Notes under the pieces: model-generated
The model's input: only the letters and a program-made list of their open reading frames with translations
Databases searched by the model: none
Told to the model about the DNA's origin: nothing
Source: Vicugna vicugna
Lineage: Eukaryota
NCBI GenBank assembly: GCA_013265495.1
Contig: MU058221.1
Coordinates: 3,410,001 to 3,474,000, forward strand
Reading direction: 5' to 3'
Length of the DNA: 64,000 bases
Part shown: positions 63,520 through 64,000 of the stretch, piece by piece
Layout: the number at the start of each line of letters is the position of its first letter
Numbering within the stretch: the first letter of the stretch is position 1
Program-made: the position numbers and the translations under genes

Positions 63520-63925
63520 ATTTCTTGTAAGGAATTGGCTCATGTGATTACAGAGCCTGAGAAGTCCCGAGATCTGCAGTCGACAAGCTGGACCCCCAGG
63601 AGAGTCAGTGTTTAGTTCCGGTCTTGTCCAAAGCCCTGAGGACCAAGGAAGCCAGTCGTGTAAGTTCTAGTCCAAAAGCCGGCAGGCCCAAGACCCAAGA
63701 AAAGCCAGTGTTTCAGTCTGAGTCTGAGGACGGAAGATCGGAGTCTCAGTCCAGCAGGCGGGTGGAAGAACTTCTCTCTCATTCAGCCTCTGTGTTCTGC
63801 TCGGGTCTTCAGCTGCTCGGGTGGCGCTCCACCCACCTGAGGGAAGGCAGCGTGCTCTGTTCTGTCTATGGACGTGGATATTAATCTCATCCAGTATCAC
63901 CCTCATCGACACATTGAAATACTGT
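63520..63925 (-). mobile_element. MLT2B-like ERVL LTR
   Basis: aaggaattggctcatgtgatta...gagaagtcccgagatctgcagtc...ttaatctcatccagtatcaccctc. Confidence 0.8.
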
Positions 63926-63941
63926 CTTAGTTTCTTAATTT

Positions 63942-64000
63942 TATCTTTTTTTAACATTTTTTATTGATTTATAATCATTTTACAATGTTGTGTCAAATTC
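63942..64000 (-). mobile_element. 3' tip of a young lineage L1, continuing beyond the window
   Basis: taacattttttattgatttataatcattttacaatgttgtgtcaaattc is the exact reverse complement of ~25484-25532. Confidence 0.92.

Overview
Mammalian, non-coding, repeat-rich genomic DNA. It is probably camelid (alpaca/camel-like), judged from tRNA-Ala(AGC)-derived SINEs and the 3' UTR type of the young L1 copies. I find no intact host protein-coding sequence: the only ORF-track entries I recognise are LINE-1 ORF2 remnants. The main functional landmark is a CpG island at ~12.1-13.65 kb, with a 79-N assembly gap in its core. It looks like the promoter and non-coding first exon of an unidentified minus-strand gene (donor CAG|GTAGGC at 12597/12596). 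On that reading, 1-12.6 kb is intronic and 13.6-64 kb is upstream/intergenic. The rest is layered old repeats (MIR, L2, L1M, MLT1/MLT2, MER5A/20/58, MER21), solo ERV LTRs, young lineage L1/SINE insertions with target-site duplications (TSDs), and microsatellites. I do not see a novel multi-gene system. The most interesting signals are atypical retrotransposition products: two L1 5'UTR-to-3' fusions (possibly spliced L1s), a tailless internally primed L1 fragment with a TSD, and a scrambled L1. Solo LTRs carrying STAT/octamer motifs near the promoter are also notable. Repeat family names come from recalled consensus resemblance and need RepeatMasker/Dfam confirmation.
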